A model generated the notes under the pieces. It was not told the DNA's origin and ran no database searches. It saw only the letters and a program-made list of their open reading frames with translations. The position numbers and the translations under genes were made by a program. DNA of 30,218 nucleotides from a virus (taxonomy: Duplodnaviria > Caudoviricetes): IMG/VR virus record IMGVR_UViG_3300037631_000333, positions 1-30,218 of that record; one strand, 5' to 3'. Positions 15,745 to 26,233 of the stretch are shown in pieces (position 1 is the first letter of the stretch; each line of letters starts with the position of its first letter).

Positions 15745-16670
15745 TGGCATATATATCAGAATATCAGTACTACGAAAATAATGGTCTATCACCTGAGGAT
15801 GCAAATTGGGGTTCGTATCAATACGTATCCCTGTACGACATAGTTAATAACTTCATGTTGATGTACACAGGCAACCATAGTTTAGTGAACAACGAGGAGA
15901 GGTTTAAGGTTTTGTTTCACGCCAAGCGTGCGATACAGGAATTAAACTACGATGCGTTCAAGGAAATAAAAGTCTTAGAACTTAATGTAAACGAATCCCT
16001 TAGGTACGTACTGCCTCCTGATTATGTCAATTGGGTTAGGGTATCTATGTACAAGGATGGTGTGCTTTACCCACTGACAGAAAACTTTCAGACTCAAACG
16101 GCTAATGCTTACCTTCAGGATAACACGGGTAACATACTCTTTGATGTTGACGGTAATATACTCAGACCTGAGTTCTCTAACATAGACTACGATAGAATTA
16201 CAGGAACAAAGCAAAGCGTTTACCTAGACCAAAATAATTCTCAGTTCAATGGGATGCCGGGGTACAATGTGGACGGGTGTTGGTACTTTGACTTTGCTAT
16301 AGGTGCAAGGTTTGGTCTGAACACTGAGACAGCAAACGCTAATCCTACGTTCACTATTGATAAAAATTCAGGAGTAATAAACTTTAGCTCAAGCATTAAA
16401 GATAATTTAGTTATACTTGAGTATGTGTCTGACGGTATGGAGAACGGTGACGACTCTAAGGTTTCTGTAAATAAACTATTTGAGGATTATGTTTATGCTG
16501 CTATTGAGTACACTATACTAAACTCAAAGCTTAATGTACAAGAGTATGTCGTAAACAGGGCTAGAAAAAGAAGGGGTGCTTTGCTAAGGAATGCTAAGAT
16601 AAGAATCAGTAACATACATCCGGGTAGACTTTTACAAACTTTAAGAGGACAAGATAAGTGGCTTAAATAA
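15744..16670 (+). CDS. Second tail tubular / ring protein
   Basis: Motifs AKRAIQELNYD, LPPDYVNWVRVS, ILEYVSDG and a terminal RGQDKWLK. TAATG-coupled to the previous gene. Confidence 0.75.
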   Translation: MAYISEYQYYENNGLSPEDANWGSYQYVSLYDIVNNFMLMYTGNHSLVNNEERFKVLFHAKRAIQELNYDAFKEIKVLELNVNESLRYVLPPDYVNWVRVSMYKDGVLYPLTENFQTQTANAYLQDNTGNILFDVDGNILRPEFSNIDYDRITGTKQSVYLDQNNSQFNGMPGYNVDGCWYFDFAIGARFGLNTETANANPTFTIDKNSGVINFSSSIKDNLVILEYVSDGMENGDDSKVSVNKLFEDYVYAAIEYTILNSKLNVQEYVVNRARKRRGALLRNAKIRISNIHPGRLLQTLRGQDKWLK

Positions 16671-16671
16671 T

Positions 16672-19600
16672 ATGGCAAACGTAACAAGAAATTTTATTAA
16701 GGGCAAGATGAATAAAATGGTTGATGAACGAATCGTTCCAAACGGTGAGTACATCGACGCATTGAATGTCCGTATGGGTTCTAGTGAAGGCTCTGAGATA
16801 GGTGTGATTGAAAACACTAAGGGTAACGTAGTGTTAACCAACTTGCAGTATGATGGAACTGAATTAAGTCCCGATGCAAGGTGTATTGGTGCATTCGATG
16901 ATGGTGCTAAAGAGACGCTGTATTGGTTTGTACACGACTCAAACTTTACTCCATCTTCTACAGGGAAGTTAGACCTGATAGTATCATACAACACCAACAC
17001 AAGCATAACAACTTATCACGTAATATCTGTTGATGATGGGGGAGGTGTTAACACCACGCTAAACTTTAACAACAAGTACTTGATAACGGGTGTAAACAAA
17101 ATTGAGGATTTACTATTCTTTACAGACAACTACAACGCACCACGACGCATAAACGTTAATACTAGCTATGGGAATCCTTCATCAGGAGTAGACGGATTTG
17201 AGGAAGAGGCGATACTTGTAATCAAGAAGCCACCAATAAACTCACCACAGATTATTCCACTGACTACGAGTTCAGAGGACAACTTCTTGGAGGATAGGTT
17301 TATATCATTTGCTTACAGGTACAGGTACAGTGACAACGAGTACTCTGCAACCTCTCAGTTTTCAGCACCAACATTCTTACCGGGCACATTCAACTATGAC
17401 ATTGCTACGGCTTTAAATGAGGGTATGCTAAACACCACTAATCAGTGTGAGATTGTTTTCAATACAGGCGGAGAATTAGTTAAATCAATAGAGCTGTTGT
17501 TTAAGGACATGAACTCTTCAGTAATAAAGGTTATAGAGGAATTAGACAAGGATGTCTTAGGTCTTTCTAATGATGCGGATGAGTCATACGTGTTTACCAA
17601 TAGCAAGATTTTCACAATACTTCCCGAGTCTGAGATACTAAGACTTTATGACAACGTTCCACGCCTTGCTCAGGCACAGACGCTTATGGGTAATAGACTG
17701 TTTTATGGTAACTACTTAGAGGACTATAAGCTAATAGACTTAAACGACGATGCATTAAAGCTTGAGTACATAACCACGCTATCTAGTGAGGAGGTAGGAC
17801 TAGAGGAGTTAAATACATCAATCGAAGATGCAACATATTATATTGATGGTTTTAATACTATTAACGACGGAGGATTTACTGTTGACCTATCAGGGATTGA
17901 TTTAGTTGCAGGGGCATTGATTAGTATAACCCTAAGGTTTGAGCATGCAGAATGGTCGGGTGATACTCCATATCCTGTAGAAACAACACAAGAACAAATA
18001 ATCACATTCAACTATAGACTTCAACAAGACTTCAACAGCGTATATGCACTTGCATCTGACCCTGACTTTATTGATAAGGTTGGTACTATTGGAAATATTG
18101 AATCTGTAACAGACTCTTGCAATGGTTCTACATTTACAGACACATTCAACTGCACCATACCTAACGAACTAGCAGGGACTCCAACGCTATACAAGTACAA
18201 GAGTGGTATCCTTCAGGAAGATGAGCCAATTAGAATAACTGCATTTCCTCCTTCATCCATTATTATATTTCAAATTCCTGCTATGGTTTTCGTTGATGTA
18301 CCGTCACCATTTGTTGGAATAAGTCATACAAGTTATGAGTATTACACTATTACAAATGTTGATGCCGTTTACCAAAAGATAGGAAGCCCATCTAGTTTAC
18401 ACAGTAATAGGGGGTACGAGGTTGGAATCATATACATGGACGAGTACGGCAGGAGTACGACTGCACTCGTTAGTCCACAGAATAATGTACACGTGCCTTG
18501 TAGTTCTTCAGAATTTAAGAACACAATTGACGTTACTATACCTGCTACACAGGTAGCTCCGTATTGGGCTAAGAGGTACAAGTTTTGCATCAAGCCTGAC
18601 AAGAAAGACTACGACACGATATACACAAACTTCTTCTTTAGAGACCCTAGTTCAGGTGCTGACTACTTCTTGTTAGAGGGTCAGAACTCTCAGAAGATTG
18701 AGGAGGGCGATGAGCTTATTGTAAAGAGGGATACAAGTGGGGCTAAGGACGAGTGTACATGGGTTACAGTACTAGAAAAGGAGGCGAAGCAAAAAAACTT
18801 CTTAGACCCCGACAAACCTATAGATGGTGACGGTAATACAATTGATTTTGTTCCGGCAGGAACTTACATGCAGATAAGGGCAAATAACTTTAGCACTGCT
18901 GTAGGAGACTTGCCATTTGTTACATATAATACTATAAGTGATGAGGGTGCAGGATTTAGACAAGTAAACTATCCAATAGACCGGGAAGACCCCGCTACCC
19001 CCGGCACATATATACCATACACTATACCTGCAGGTTCACGTATAAAAATAAAAATAAAAAATAAAAGAGTAAAACCTTTAAATTTATGGAAAGTTAATGC
19101 GACGTTTACCTCATCTCAGTTTTATAATAGTTTTCAAGAATGGTTTGAAGGAGACAATATAGATGCTGCTTTATCTGCTCAAGCAGTAGAAGAATGTGAT
19201 GGAGGTTCAGGTAGTTGTACTATAACAGGTCCAAATTATGACCCATCAGGAGCTCATCCTATACAGGTCAGCTTTTTACCTCCAATTGAAGTAAAGTCTG
19301 TAATATGGAATGATGGAACGAGAACGTATTTTAATGTAGTAAGTACCTTTGGTATATCAGGCTTAAAGAAAAAGAAAGTAAAATTAGATGTACTAATTGA
19401 AGTACTTCGTGCTGATAACCTAATAGTATTTGAGTCAGACCCTCAGGATGCTGAACCTGATTTATGGTATGAGTCCTCTCAATCATTTGGGATAACAGCA
19501 GCAGGAGACCACTTAGGAAATACGCAAGACCAAGACATAAGCACATCAACTCCGGGCATAGTAAAGACAGCGTTCTTTAACTGCTATGCGTTTGGTAATG

Positions 19601-21987
19601 GTGTAGAGAGCTATAAGATAAATGACTCGCTTGTAGGTAAAGAGCTTGTGTTAGGCAACAGGGCTACATCAACAAATTCAGAGGTGTATGACGAGGAAAG
19701 AAGGTTCTCTGACTTAACATATAGTGGTTTGTTTAATCCTGAGTCAAACATAAACAAGCTTAACGAGTTTAACTTAGGCTTACTAAACTTCAAGCCTCTT
19801 GAAAGTTCGTTTGGTCCTGTCATGAAATTATTTGCTAGAGAGACTGACATACTGACACTACAGGAGGATAAAATATCTTACGTTCAGGAAAGCAAAAACC
19901 TTTTGTCTGAGGCTGCAGGTGGTGGTATCATAGCATCCATACCTGAGGTATTGGGTAAGCAGATTGCTCGTGTTGAGGAGTATGGTATTTCTCACAACCC
20001 TGAAAGCTTTGCTAACTTTGGTTCTGACAAGTACTTCACTGACGCAAAGCGTGGTGCGGTTATTCAACTAAAGGGTGGCACTACAGGCTCTGACCAATTG
20101 AATGTAATATCAATGCAAGGCATGCGTAATTGGTTTAGAGACTTATTCAATGTTTCATTTGAGACTCAGAAGTTGGGAGGGTTTGACCCTTACATGAATG
20201 AGTATGTACTATCCTCTAATACGATAGCACTACCTTCTGACATAGACTGCATAAACTGTGGGACTACTCAGACTATATCAATAACAAGAACTGACCCTTA
20301 CAGCCTATGCTATGACGTTGGCAGCTTGGTTGGGGATGTTGACATTGATTACGAGGTTGTGTCGGGTGATGGAACTTTTAATGTAACTGCGAACTACAAT
20401 GGAGTAGACTACAGTTCGGGGGATGTATCCACTTCGGGTGTATTAACCTTTGACAAGTCGTCTGTTTCAAATCAGCAGGCTACTGTATCAATAACGTCTA
20501 CAAACTTTGTGACCCTTAACGTAACAGTTAAATGTCCTGAAGAGAATATAATAAACATCATACTTGTTACGCTTACAAGCAATAGCGATACGGGTGATGT
20601 TATACACAACGAGTACAGGTGGGTTGATGGAACGTTTACGTCTCCATTACACTCTGAGCAGGTTTACTTTACGTCAGGCACACACCCTGTTATATCATCA
20701 TACAGGACCATAACGGGTGCTCAAGGTGGTGGCGTTATACCTAGCAACGCAGCAAACGTTACGATGATAAGCAATAAGCGTAGTTTTGACACGTTTAGGT
20801 TTGATATACTCACGGACAACTTTAGGTATCTAAGGAGTAACACGCTATACCAAAACAATCAGACAGACATAAACGCACTATTGGCTGCCTCTACTGAAGC
20901 CACTCCTATAAGTGGACCTACTTTTATTGGAACAACTCAGTACAGTGCAAACTTTACTATGCCTGCTTCGGGAAGTAATCTATATTTAATATGGGACTAC
21001 ACTAATAGTACGGAGATTGACTTATGTTATGGGACTGATGAGTTTGATGCGTGCTGTGTGTGTACCCCCCCGGCATCAGGGTATTATTTAGACGGAAGCA
21101 CGTTATCTGACTCTACTGCTGTATACACAGACGTAGGGTTAACTATCTGTGCGGCAGATGGGTTCTATGCAGACGGTACAATTGTAAGGGAGCTATCTAG
21201 TTGCATACTTCTTCCTGCACAGGCATGTCCTTCTTGTAACGCACCATGCTCAAGTTCTAACACCATATCATTGTCGGGAGGTCAGGGTATATATAGTACA
21301 GATTTTAATGTAGGAAATACAGGTGCTCTTGTTGGTGCAGTTGTAATAGAGTTCTCACCAAGTGCTGTACCTGATGGGGTACGTGCACTATACAACAGTG
21401 TGGTTTACAATAAGTTAAGCTCCCCTATTGATGGCTATCACGCTTCAACAACTTCAGGAAACTTCACCTTCGTTGGTGACACTGCTAACGACTGTGGAAT
21501 ATCGGGTAGCACTTACCTAGCAGTGGATGAGTATAACTACTCATACGTTAACACACAGTTTGAGGCTACGGGTGATACCGAAGATTTGAGTGTGGCTGCA
21601 GGAGACGTAAGCCTTTCGTCAACTACACCGGGTGCATGCATAATGGTTGTGCCAAAGGTTACGGCAAATCCTGAATTATTGAACATAAGTGTTGCGAGTC
21701 CTTGTACTACCAATACGTTCAGCATTAAGGTTAACTGTCCAAGGCTACTTACCGCTATATCAAGCACATCCTTTTATGCATCAAAGGTACAGGCTTGTGC
21801 AGTAGACCCTTCAATAAGTATATATAACGTTCCCGTTAACGGAACAGACGGAGTACCCGGTCTATATGATTGGATATTCTTTGACGACTACGGTCAAGGG
21901 TTAGCGACTGACGGATTTTACAAGTTGGCTAGTGGTGCTGTAATAAAAGTTTTAAATGGGGTGGTGGTTACACTAACCACTTGTTAA
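16672..21987 (+). CDS. Tail stabilisation / nozzle (muzzle) protein, N-terminal part plus Cys-rich extension
   Basis: Motifs MNK..DER..PNGEY.DALN, LLFFTDN.N.PRRIN, GNRL.YGNY, YGIS.NPESF, YFTD.KRG.V and GGFDPY..EY, recalled from crAss-like stabilisation proteins. Confidence 0.85.
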   Translation: MANVTRNFIKGKMNKMVDERIVPNGEYIDALNVRMGSSEGSEIGVIENTKGNVVLTNLQYDGTELSPDARCIGAFDDGAKETLYWFVHDSNFTPSSTGKLDLIVSYNTNTSITTYHVISVDDGGGVNTTLNFNNKYLITGVNKIEDLLFFTDNYNAPRRINVNTSYGNPSSGVDGFEEEAILVIKKPPINSPQIIPLTTSSEDNFLEDRFISFAYRYRYSDNEYSATSQFSAPTFLPGTFNYDIATALNEGMLNTTNQCEIVFNTGGELVKSIELLFKDMNSSVIKVIEELDKDVLGLSNDADESYVFTNSKIFTILPESEILRLYDNVPRLAQAQTLMGNRLFYGNYLEDYKLIDLNDDALKLEYITTLSSEEVGLEELNTSIEDATYYIDGFNTINDGGFTVDLSGIDLVAGALISITLRFEHAEWSGDTPYPVETTQEQIITFNYRLQQDFNSVYALASDPDFIDKVGTIGNIESVTDSCNGSTFTDTFNCTIPNELAGTPTLYKYKSGILQEDEPIRITAFPPSSIIIFQIPAMVFVDVPSPFVGISHTSYEYYTITNVDAVYQKIGSPSSLHSNRGYEVGIIYMDEYGRSTTALVSPQNNVHVPCSSSEFKNTIDVTIPATQVAPYWAKRYKFCIKPDKKDYDTIYTNFFFRDPSSGADYFLLEGQNSQKIEEGDELIVKRDTSGAKDECTWVTVLEKEAKQKNFLDPDKPIDGDGNTIDFVPAGTYMQIRANNFSTAVGDLPFVTYNTISDEGAGFRQVNYPIDREDPATPGTYIPYTIPAGSRIKIKIKNKRVKPLNLWKVNATFTSSQFYNSFQEWFEGDNIDAALSAQAVEECDGGSGSCTITGPNYDPSGAHPIQVSFLPPIEVKSVIWNDGTRTYFNVVSTFGISGLKKKKVKLDVLIEVLRADNLIVFESDPQDAEPDLWYESSQSFGITAAGDHLGNTQDQDISTSTPGIVKTAFFNCYAFGNGVESYKINDSLVGKELVLGNRATSTNSEVYDEERRFSDLTYSGLFNPESNINKLNEFNLGLLNFKPLESSFGPVMKLFARETDILTLQEDKISYVQESKNLLSEAAGGGIIASIPEVLGKQIARVEEYGISHNPESFANFGSDKYFTDAKRGAVIQLKGGTTGSDQLNVISMQGMRNWFRDLFNVSFETQKLGGFDPYMNEYVLSSNTIALPSDIDCINCGTTQTISITRTDPYSLCYDVGSLVGDVDIDYEVVSGDGTFNVTANYNGVDYSSGDVSTSGVLTFDKSSVSNQQATVSITSTNFVTLNVTVKCPEENIINIILVTLTSNSDTGDVIHNEYRWVDGTFTSPLHSEQVYFTSGTHPVISSYRTITGAQGGGVIPSNAANVTMISNKRSFDTFRFDILTDNFRYLRSNTLYQNNQTDINALLAASTEATPISGPTFIGTTQYSANFTMPASGSNLYLIWDYTNSTEIDLCYGTDEFDACCVCTPPASGYYLDGSTLSDSTAVYTDVGLTICAADGFYADGTIVRELSSCILLPAQACPSCNAPCSSSNTISLSGGQGIYSTDFNVGNTGALVGAVVIEFSPSAVPDGVRALYNSVVYNKLSSPIDGYHASTTSGNFTFVGDTANDCGISGSTYLAVDEYNYSYVNTQFEATGDTEDLSVAAGDVSLSSTTPGACIMVVPKVTANPELLNISVASPCTTNTFSIKVNCPRLLTAISSTSFYASKVQACAVDPSISIYNVPVNGTDGVPGLYDWIFFDDYGQGLATDGFYKLASGAVIKVLNGVVVTLTTC

Positions 21988-21999
21988 TAATATAAAGAT

Positions 22000-22824
22000 A
22001 TGAGCGTAGAATTCACAAACTATACATTAACTTACGACGAGGGGGTTCAAGGATTCCCATCGTTCTATTCCTACTACCCTGAGTGGATGATAGGTATGAA
22101 TAACTATTTTTATACGTTTAATGGTGGTGACCTTTATCGACACAATGTTAACTCCACTAGGAATAACTTCTATGGTCAGCAGTCTGTAACCACGGTTAGG
22201 TCTGTATTTAACGACTCGGTGTTAGAGAATAAGTTATTTAAGACTATCAACATAGAGGGGGACTCTCCATGGAAGGTGGATTTATCTACAGACATACAAG
22301 ACTCAGGTCTTGTAGAGTCAGCATACTTCGAGAAGAAGGAGCAGGTTTACTATGCATTTGTTAGGAACACAGGGACTGTGCCTGCAGAAACTAGCGAGTA
22401 TGCACTACGTTCATTGAATGGTATAGCTAGGAGTACTGCTGTGAATGGTGGCACTCAGGTTGTGTTTGACCTTGACTACAAGATAAACAACATCATATCC
22501 ATAGGGGACATGCTTTACTTTGCACTTCCCCCATTCGTAGACGTTAGTGGAGCTAATATTCCTGTTACGCCACAGCTCGCAGGTCAAGTAACTCAGGTTA
22601 ACTACGACCCACTTAACGGTATAAACAACTTAGTTATAGACAACACTATAGTGGGGTCTGTTCCTATACCGATACAGGACGCATACTTCTTATTTATCAA
22701 GAATGCTATTGCTGAATCTCATGGAGTACTAGGTCACTACTGCGTGTTTGACATGACAAACACGGACACGGTTGGTATAAACCTATTTACGCTTGAGTCT
22801 GAAGCAATGAAATCATTTCCATAA
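22000..22824 (+). CDS. Separate C-terminal module of the tail stabilisation protein
   Basis: TLTY.E...GFPSFYSY.PE...YTF..G.LY.H...NNFYG...KLFKTI.IEG...F.KKE is the segment I recall normally following the GGFDP motif in single-chain homologues. Confidence 0.7.
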   Translation: MSVEFTNYTLTYDEGVQGFPSFYSYYPEWMIGMNNYFYTFNGGDLYRHNVNSTRNNFYGQQSVTTVRSVFNDSVLENKLFKTINIEGDSPWKVDLSTDIQDSGLVESAYFEKKEQVYYAFVRNTGTVPAETSEYALRSLNGIARSTAVNGGTQVVFDLDYKINNIISIGDMLYFALPPFVDVSGANIPVTPQLAGQVTQVNYDPLNGINNLVIDNTIVGSVPIPIQDAYFLFIKNAIAESHGVLGHYCVFDMTNTDTVGINLFTLESEAMKSFP

Positions 22825-22842
22825 AGAGACGATTTATTTTAT

Positions 22843-22850
22843 TATCTTTG
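22843..22850 (+). promoter_or_regulatory. Bacteroidota -7 promoter element
   Basis: TATCTTTG, 3 nt before ATG 22854. Confidence 0.55.
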
Positions 22851-22853
22851 CGT

Positions 22854-23267
22854 ATGGCATTTAATGTACGAACGCTTACATCTTCTGACTACGATGAAAC
22901 ACTCGTTGGTTGGTGGAAAGATTGGGATTGGCAAGCACCTCCAAGGGACTTCCTTCCTGATGATGGGGCGGGTGGTATAATGGTGCTAGATGAAGATGAG
23001 CCTATATGTGCAGGTTATGTTTATATAACAAACTCTTCAGTGGCTTGGGTTGATTGGATTATATCAAGCAAGACCTATAAAAAGAAGCCACAGAGGGCTG
23101 AGGCTATTGAGCTTCTTATAGACACACTGACAAGGGTATGCAAGGATAGTGGGGCTAGGTACACATACGCACTAATAAAGCACGACGGCTTGATTGATAC
23201 GTATGAGAGGCTAGGATACATTAAGGGAGATTCTTACACGAGTGAGATGATTAAAACATTATATTAA
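22854..23267 (+). CDS. GNAT-fold acetyltransferase-like protein
   Basis: Beta-strand core ICAGYVY..VAWVDWIIS, helix LLIDTL...KDSG and motif B LIDTYERLGY. Sits before the ejection proteins, like T7 gp13. Confidence 0.7.
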   Translation: MAFNVRTLTSSDYDETLVGWWKDWDWQAPPRDFLPDDGAGGIMVLDEDEPICAGYVYITNSSVAWVDWIISSKTYKKKPQRAEAIELLIDTLTRVCKDSGARYTYALIKHDGLIDTYERLGYIKGDSYTSEMIKTLY

Positions 23268-23268
23268 T

Positions 23269-24114
23269 ATGGCAGCATTTACAACAATAGCAGCAGGAGT
23301 AGGTTTGGCAACAACGGCAGCGACTACGGGTATATCGTTTCGTCAAGCGGCTAAACAAAACGATTTGGCAAAAGATGCTCAGAGGGAAGCAAACAAGGCA
23401 ATGAAAGAGGCTCGTGCTCGTCTAGAGGTTAACTACGCTGACGCACTATCTATACCTAAGGAGGCTTATGAACTTCAGAGGGAGGCTATGTTGTCTCAGG
23501 GTGCTCAGGCATTAGAGGCGGGTATTGAAAGCGAAAGAGGTTCTGCCGCTACAGCAGGGCGTGTACTAGCCGCACAGCAAGCAGCTCAGTCAGGTATTCG
23601 TACAGACATGGCTCAAGAACTTTTTGACATTGAGGCGATGAAGCTAGAGGAAGAGTCAAGGCTTCGAGACATAAACGTTCAGATGGACATAGGTGAAGCT
23701 ATGGGTGCACAGCAAAGAGCTGCCGATGCACAGGCTGCGTCAACTGCTGCAAAGCAACAGGGCATACAAGAGGCTATTAGTTTAGGTGAGCAGGCTATGT
23801 CGTTTATACCACTATACGCACAGGATAGGAATGCACAGAAGGGTGCTGCACGGGAGGCAGGTCTATTTGACCCCGAAAAGCAAAGCTTCCGTAACTTTAA
23901 AAAAGAAAATGAATACTTTAGGTCTAACCCTAAATATTTAAAGGCTTACAAGGAGCTTACTCAGCCGTTTGATGTTACAGGTCAGCCTAGTATTGCTGCT
24001 CCTGCAACTCAAGATAAAAAATATGAGGACTATACTACTGAAGAATTACAAATGATATTATCAACTAATCCTACCCTATTTGACCAATTAGCTAAGGACC
24101 GTTTTAAAAAATAA
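23269..24114 (+). CDS. Probable internal virion (ejection) protein
   Basis: Ala/Gly/Thr hydrophobic N-terminus and Ala/Gln-rich helices, in the T7 gp14-like position. Confidence 0.7.
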   Translation: MAAFTTIAAGVGLATTAATTGISFRQAAKQNDLAKDAQREANKAMKEARARLEVNYADALSIPKEAYELQREAMLSQGAQALEAGIESERGSAATAGRVLAAQQAAQSGIRTDMAQELFDIEAMKLEEESRLRDINVQMDIGEAMGAQQRAADAQAASTAAKQQGIQEAISLGEQAMSFIPLYAQDRNAQKGAAREAGLFDPEKQSFRNFKKENEYFRSNPKYLKAYKELTQPFDVTGQPSIAAPATQDKKYEDYTTEELQMILSTNPTLFDQLAKDRFKK

Positions 24115-24123
24115 TTAATTAAT

Positions 24124-26232
24124 ATGGCATCATCATACGGATATGTAAAGAGAGAAGTCCAAGACATGCAAATCAATTGGGCTGAGGTTGGACAGAATGT
24201 TAGAAGCGTACTTGACGAAGAGTCTAGGGTTAGGCAGGAGAAAAAGGATGCCTTTGACAAACAAGCTCGTGAGTACGAGCAGAGGGTTACTAACCCTGAT
24301 TTGCTAGGCAAGGATACTGAGTTTAACGAGGGCGTATTAAAGTTTGGTGCTGATGCACAGGAGATGAGTATGATGAATAGCATGCTCCTAAAGAGTGGTC
24401 AACTAAAGCCAAGGGATTACACAATCAAGACGCAGAATATGATTGACGGAACTAACGACGTTTTTAAAGTCATTGAGATGTATAATAATTTATCTGAAGA
24501 GGTGATGGCGAAGGTAGATAGCGGAGACCTATCAAGCGACAATCTAGAAAACTTTGCTATGGTTCAAGATTTTGCAAACTTTAACGACAACAGAATAATA
24601 TTTAACCCATACTCAGGCAAGGTAAACGTTGCGACAATGGTTGAAGACCCGGACAACCCGGGAGGTCCTTTAATACCTAGCAAAGACCTACGCTCAGTTC
24701 AGTCGTTAGGAAACATTTTGAAAGACCAAGTTGCAAAGTATAAGTTCTTTGATAAAACAACTGAGTATGCTAAAAAATTAGGACTTATTGTAGAGCAGAG
24801 TATTAAGAGTTATGGTGGTATATATCAGAAGGGTACGATAGAAAAGATTACAAATGTATTTTTAAAAAGACCCGGAGGATTGGAAGAACTTTCGTCTGAT
24901 GAAAAGAAAAAAATTGCAGCCGATTTGGGTATAGACGAAAATGAAGTGATGATGATTCACTCTGCTATAGGTACATGGGCAGAGTCACAGGTAGTTTCTG
25001 ATAGGGATGGCATGTCTATACTTGTAGACTTTCTAGGCACAACTCCCGATGGGGAGACATATAAGGCGGTATTCAATGAGGAGGATGCGTTTGACGATAA
25101 TGGCAACAGGAAGGAAAACATAATTTTAAAAACAGTTGAAAACGGTAGATTGATATACGAACTTACAGATGAGCAGAAGATAGCAGCCAAGAGGACTTTG
25201 GTTAGACAACTTTCGTCAGAGCTACAAGCATCTACAGAGATTGTGGCTGAACAAATTTTCGACGAGCCAAGCGTTGCCCAACAAGAAAAGAATGAAGAAG
25301 ATAGAAAAAAAGAAGAAGCAAGTGAGGAGTATAGAAACATGGTGGGTTATATTTACTACGGAACTCCTACTCAAGTTGATACAGCAGAAACATACTTCAG
25401 GGATTTTCTTAAGGCAGAGGTAGCTCAGAAAAAAGGTGATGTATTTTATGTTACAAGGAATGGCGTAACTAAACCTTATCCACTGAGAGATAAAACGTCA
25501 GGCAAACTAATGGGGTTTGATATGTTTGCCAAGTCTACTCTCAAATTAGTAGAAGGTAAGAATATAGATGAAGCCGTTGTACTAGCGGGCGGTAAACAGA
25601 CGGGTGTAGTTAAATCCGTTACTCTAGTTGAAGCACCTAAGTTGCAAGAAGATGAAACTTTCACAACAGGAAAGGTCAAGGTAACTTTTGAAAGTGGAAG
25701 AGAGGAGATACTTGCAGGTGGACTAAAAGACTTCAAGGTAGGAAGCGAAAGAGAGCTAGGGTCTGCAACCCCATCAGGTACAGGTGCGGGTACTATAGTT
25801 AGCGAGTCAGACAGTGCATACAAGGGCAGGTATATAGATGAAGTTGTTAATTTACCAAAATTAAAAACTTTAACTAAGTCAGGTAGTGAAAATTTAAGTC
25901 CTACAAAAGTAAAAGAACAATTAAATGAATTAGAAAGTTTTAATTTTAAGGTTAACGACTCTGTTACTCCAAATATGGTAGACATACAAGCATATATTAT
26001 AGATGAAAATGGCAGTAAAATAATTATAGATTCATATGATTTTGATACTAAAGCAAAAGGTTTAGAAGATAGAATTCAAGCTTTAATTACATTTTTAAAC
26101 AAGAATCTTACGGATGAATTATTTGAAGCTAATGAACAATCAGTTATAAAGAAGATTGGTGGCAAGGGTGATGGGATACCTACCGACCCCAACGGAAAAA
26201 AAGTAGACGCATTAGGAAACGTAATAGAATAA
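24124..26232 (+). CDS. Probable internal virion (ejection) protein (702 aa)
   Basis: Large, mostly helical and charged, located between the small ejection protein and the giant ORF. Confidence 0.65.
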   Translation: MASSYGYVKREVQDMQINWAEVGQNVRSVLDEESRVRQEKKDAFDKQAREYEQRVTNPDLLGKDTEFNEGVLKFGADAQEMSMMNSMLLKSGQLKPRDYTIKTQNMIDGTNDVFKVIEMYNNLSEEVMAKVDSGDLSSDNLENFAMVQDFANFNDNRIIFNPYSGKVNVATMVEDPDNPGGPLIPSKDLRSVQSLGNILKDQVAKYKFFDKTTEYAKKLGLIVEQSIKSYGGIYQKGTIEKITNVFLKRPGGLEELSSDEKKKIAADLGIDENEVMMIHSAIGTWAESQVVSDRDGMSILVDFLGTTPDGETYKAVFNEEDAFDDNGNRKENIILKTVENGRLIYELTDEQKIAAKRTLVRQLSSELQASTEIVAEQIFDEPSVAQQEKNEEDRKKEEASEEYRNMVGYIYYGTPTQVDTAETYFRDFLKAEVAQKKGDVFYVTRNGVTKPYPLRDKTSGKLMGFDMFAKSTLKLVEGKNIDEAVVLAGGKQTGVVKSVTLVEAPKLQEDETFTTGKVKVTFESGREEILAGGLKDFKVGSERELGSATPSGTGAGTIVSESDSAYKGRYIDEVVNLPKLKTLTKSGSENLSPTKVKEQLNELESFNFKVNDSVTPNMVDIQAYIIDENGSKIIIDSYDFDTKAKGLEDRIQALITFLNKNLTDELFEANEQSVIKKIGGKGDGIPTDPNGKKVDALGNVIE

Positions 26233-26233
26233 A

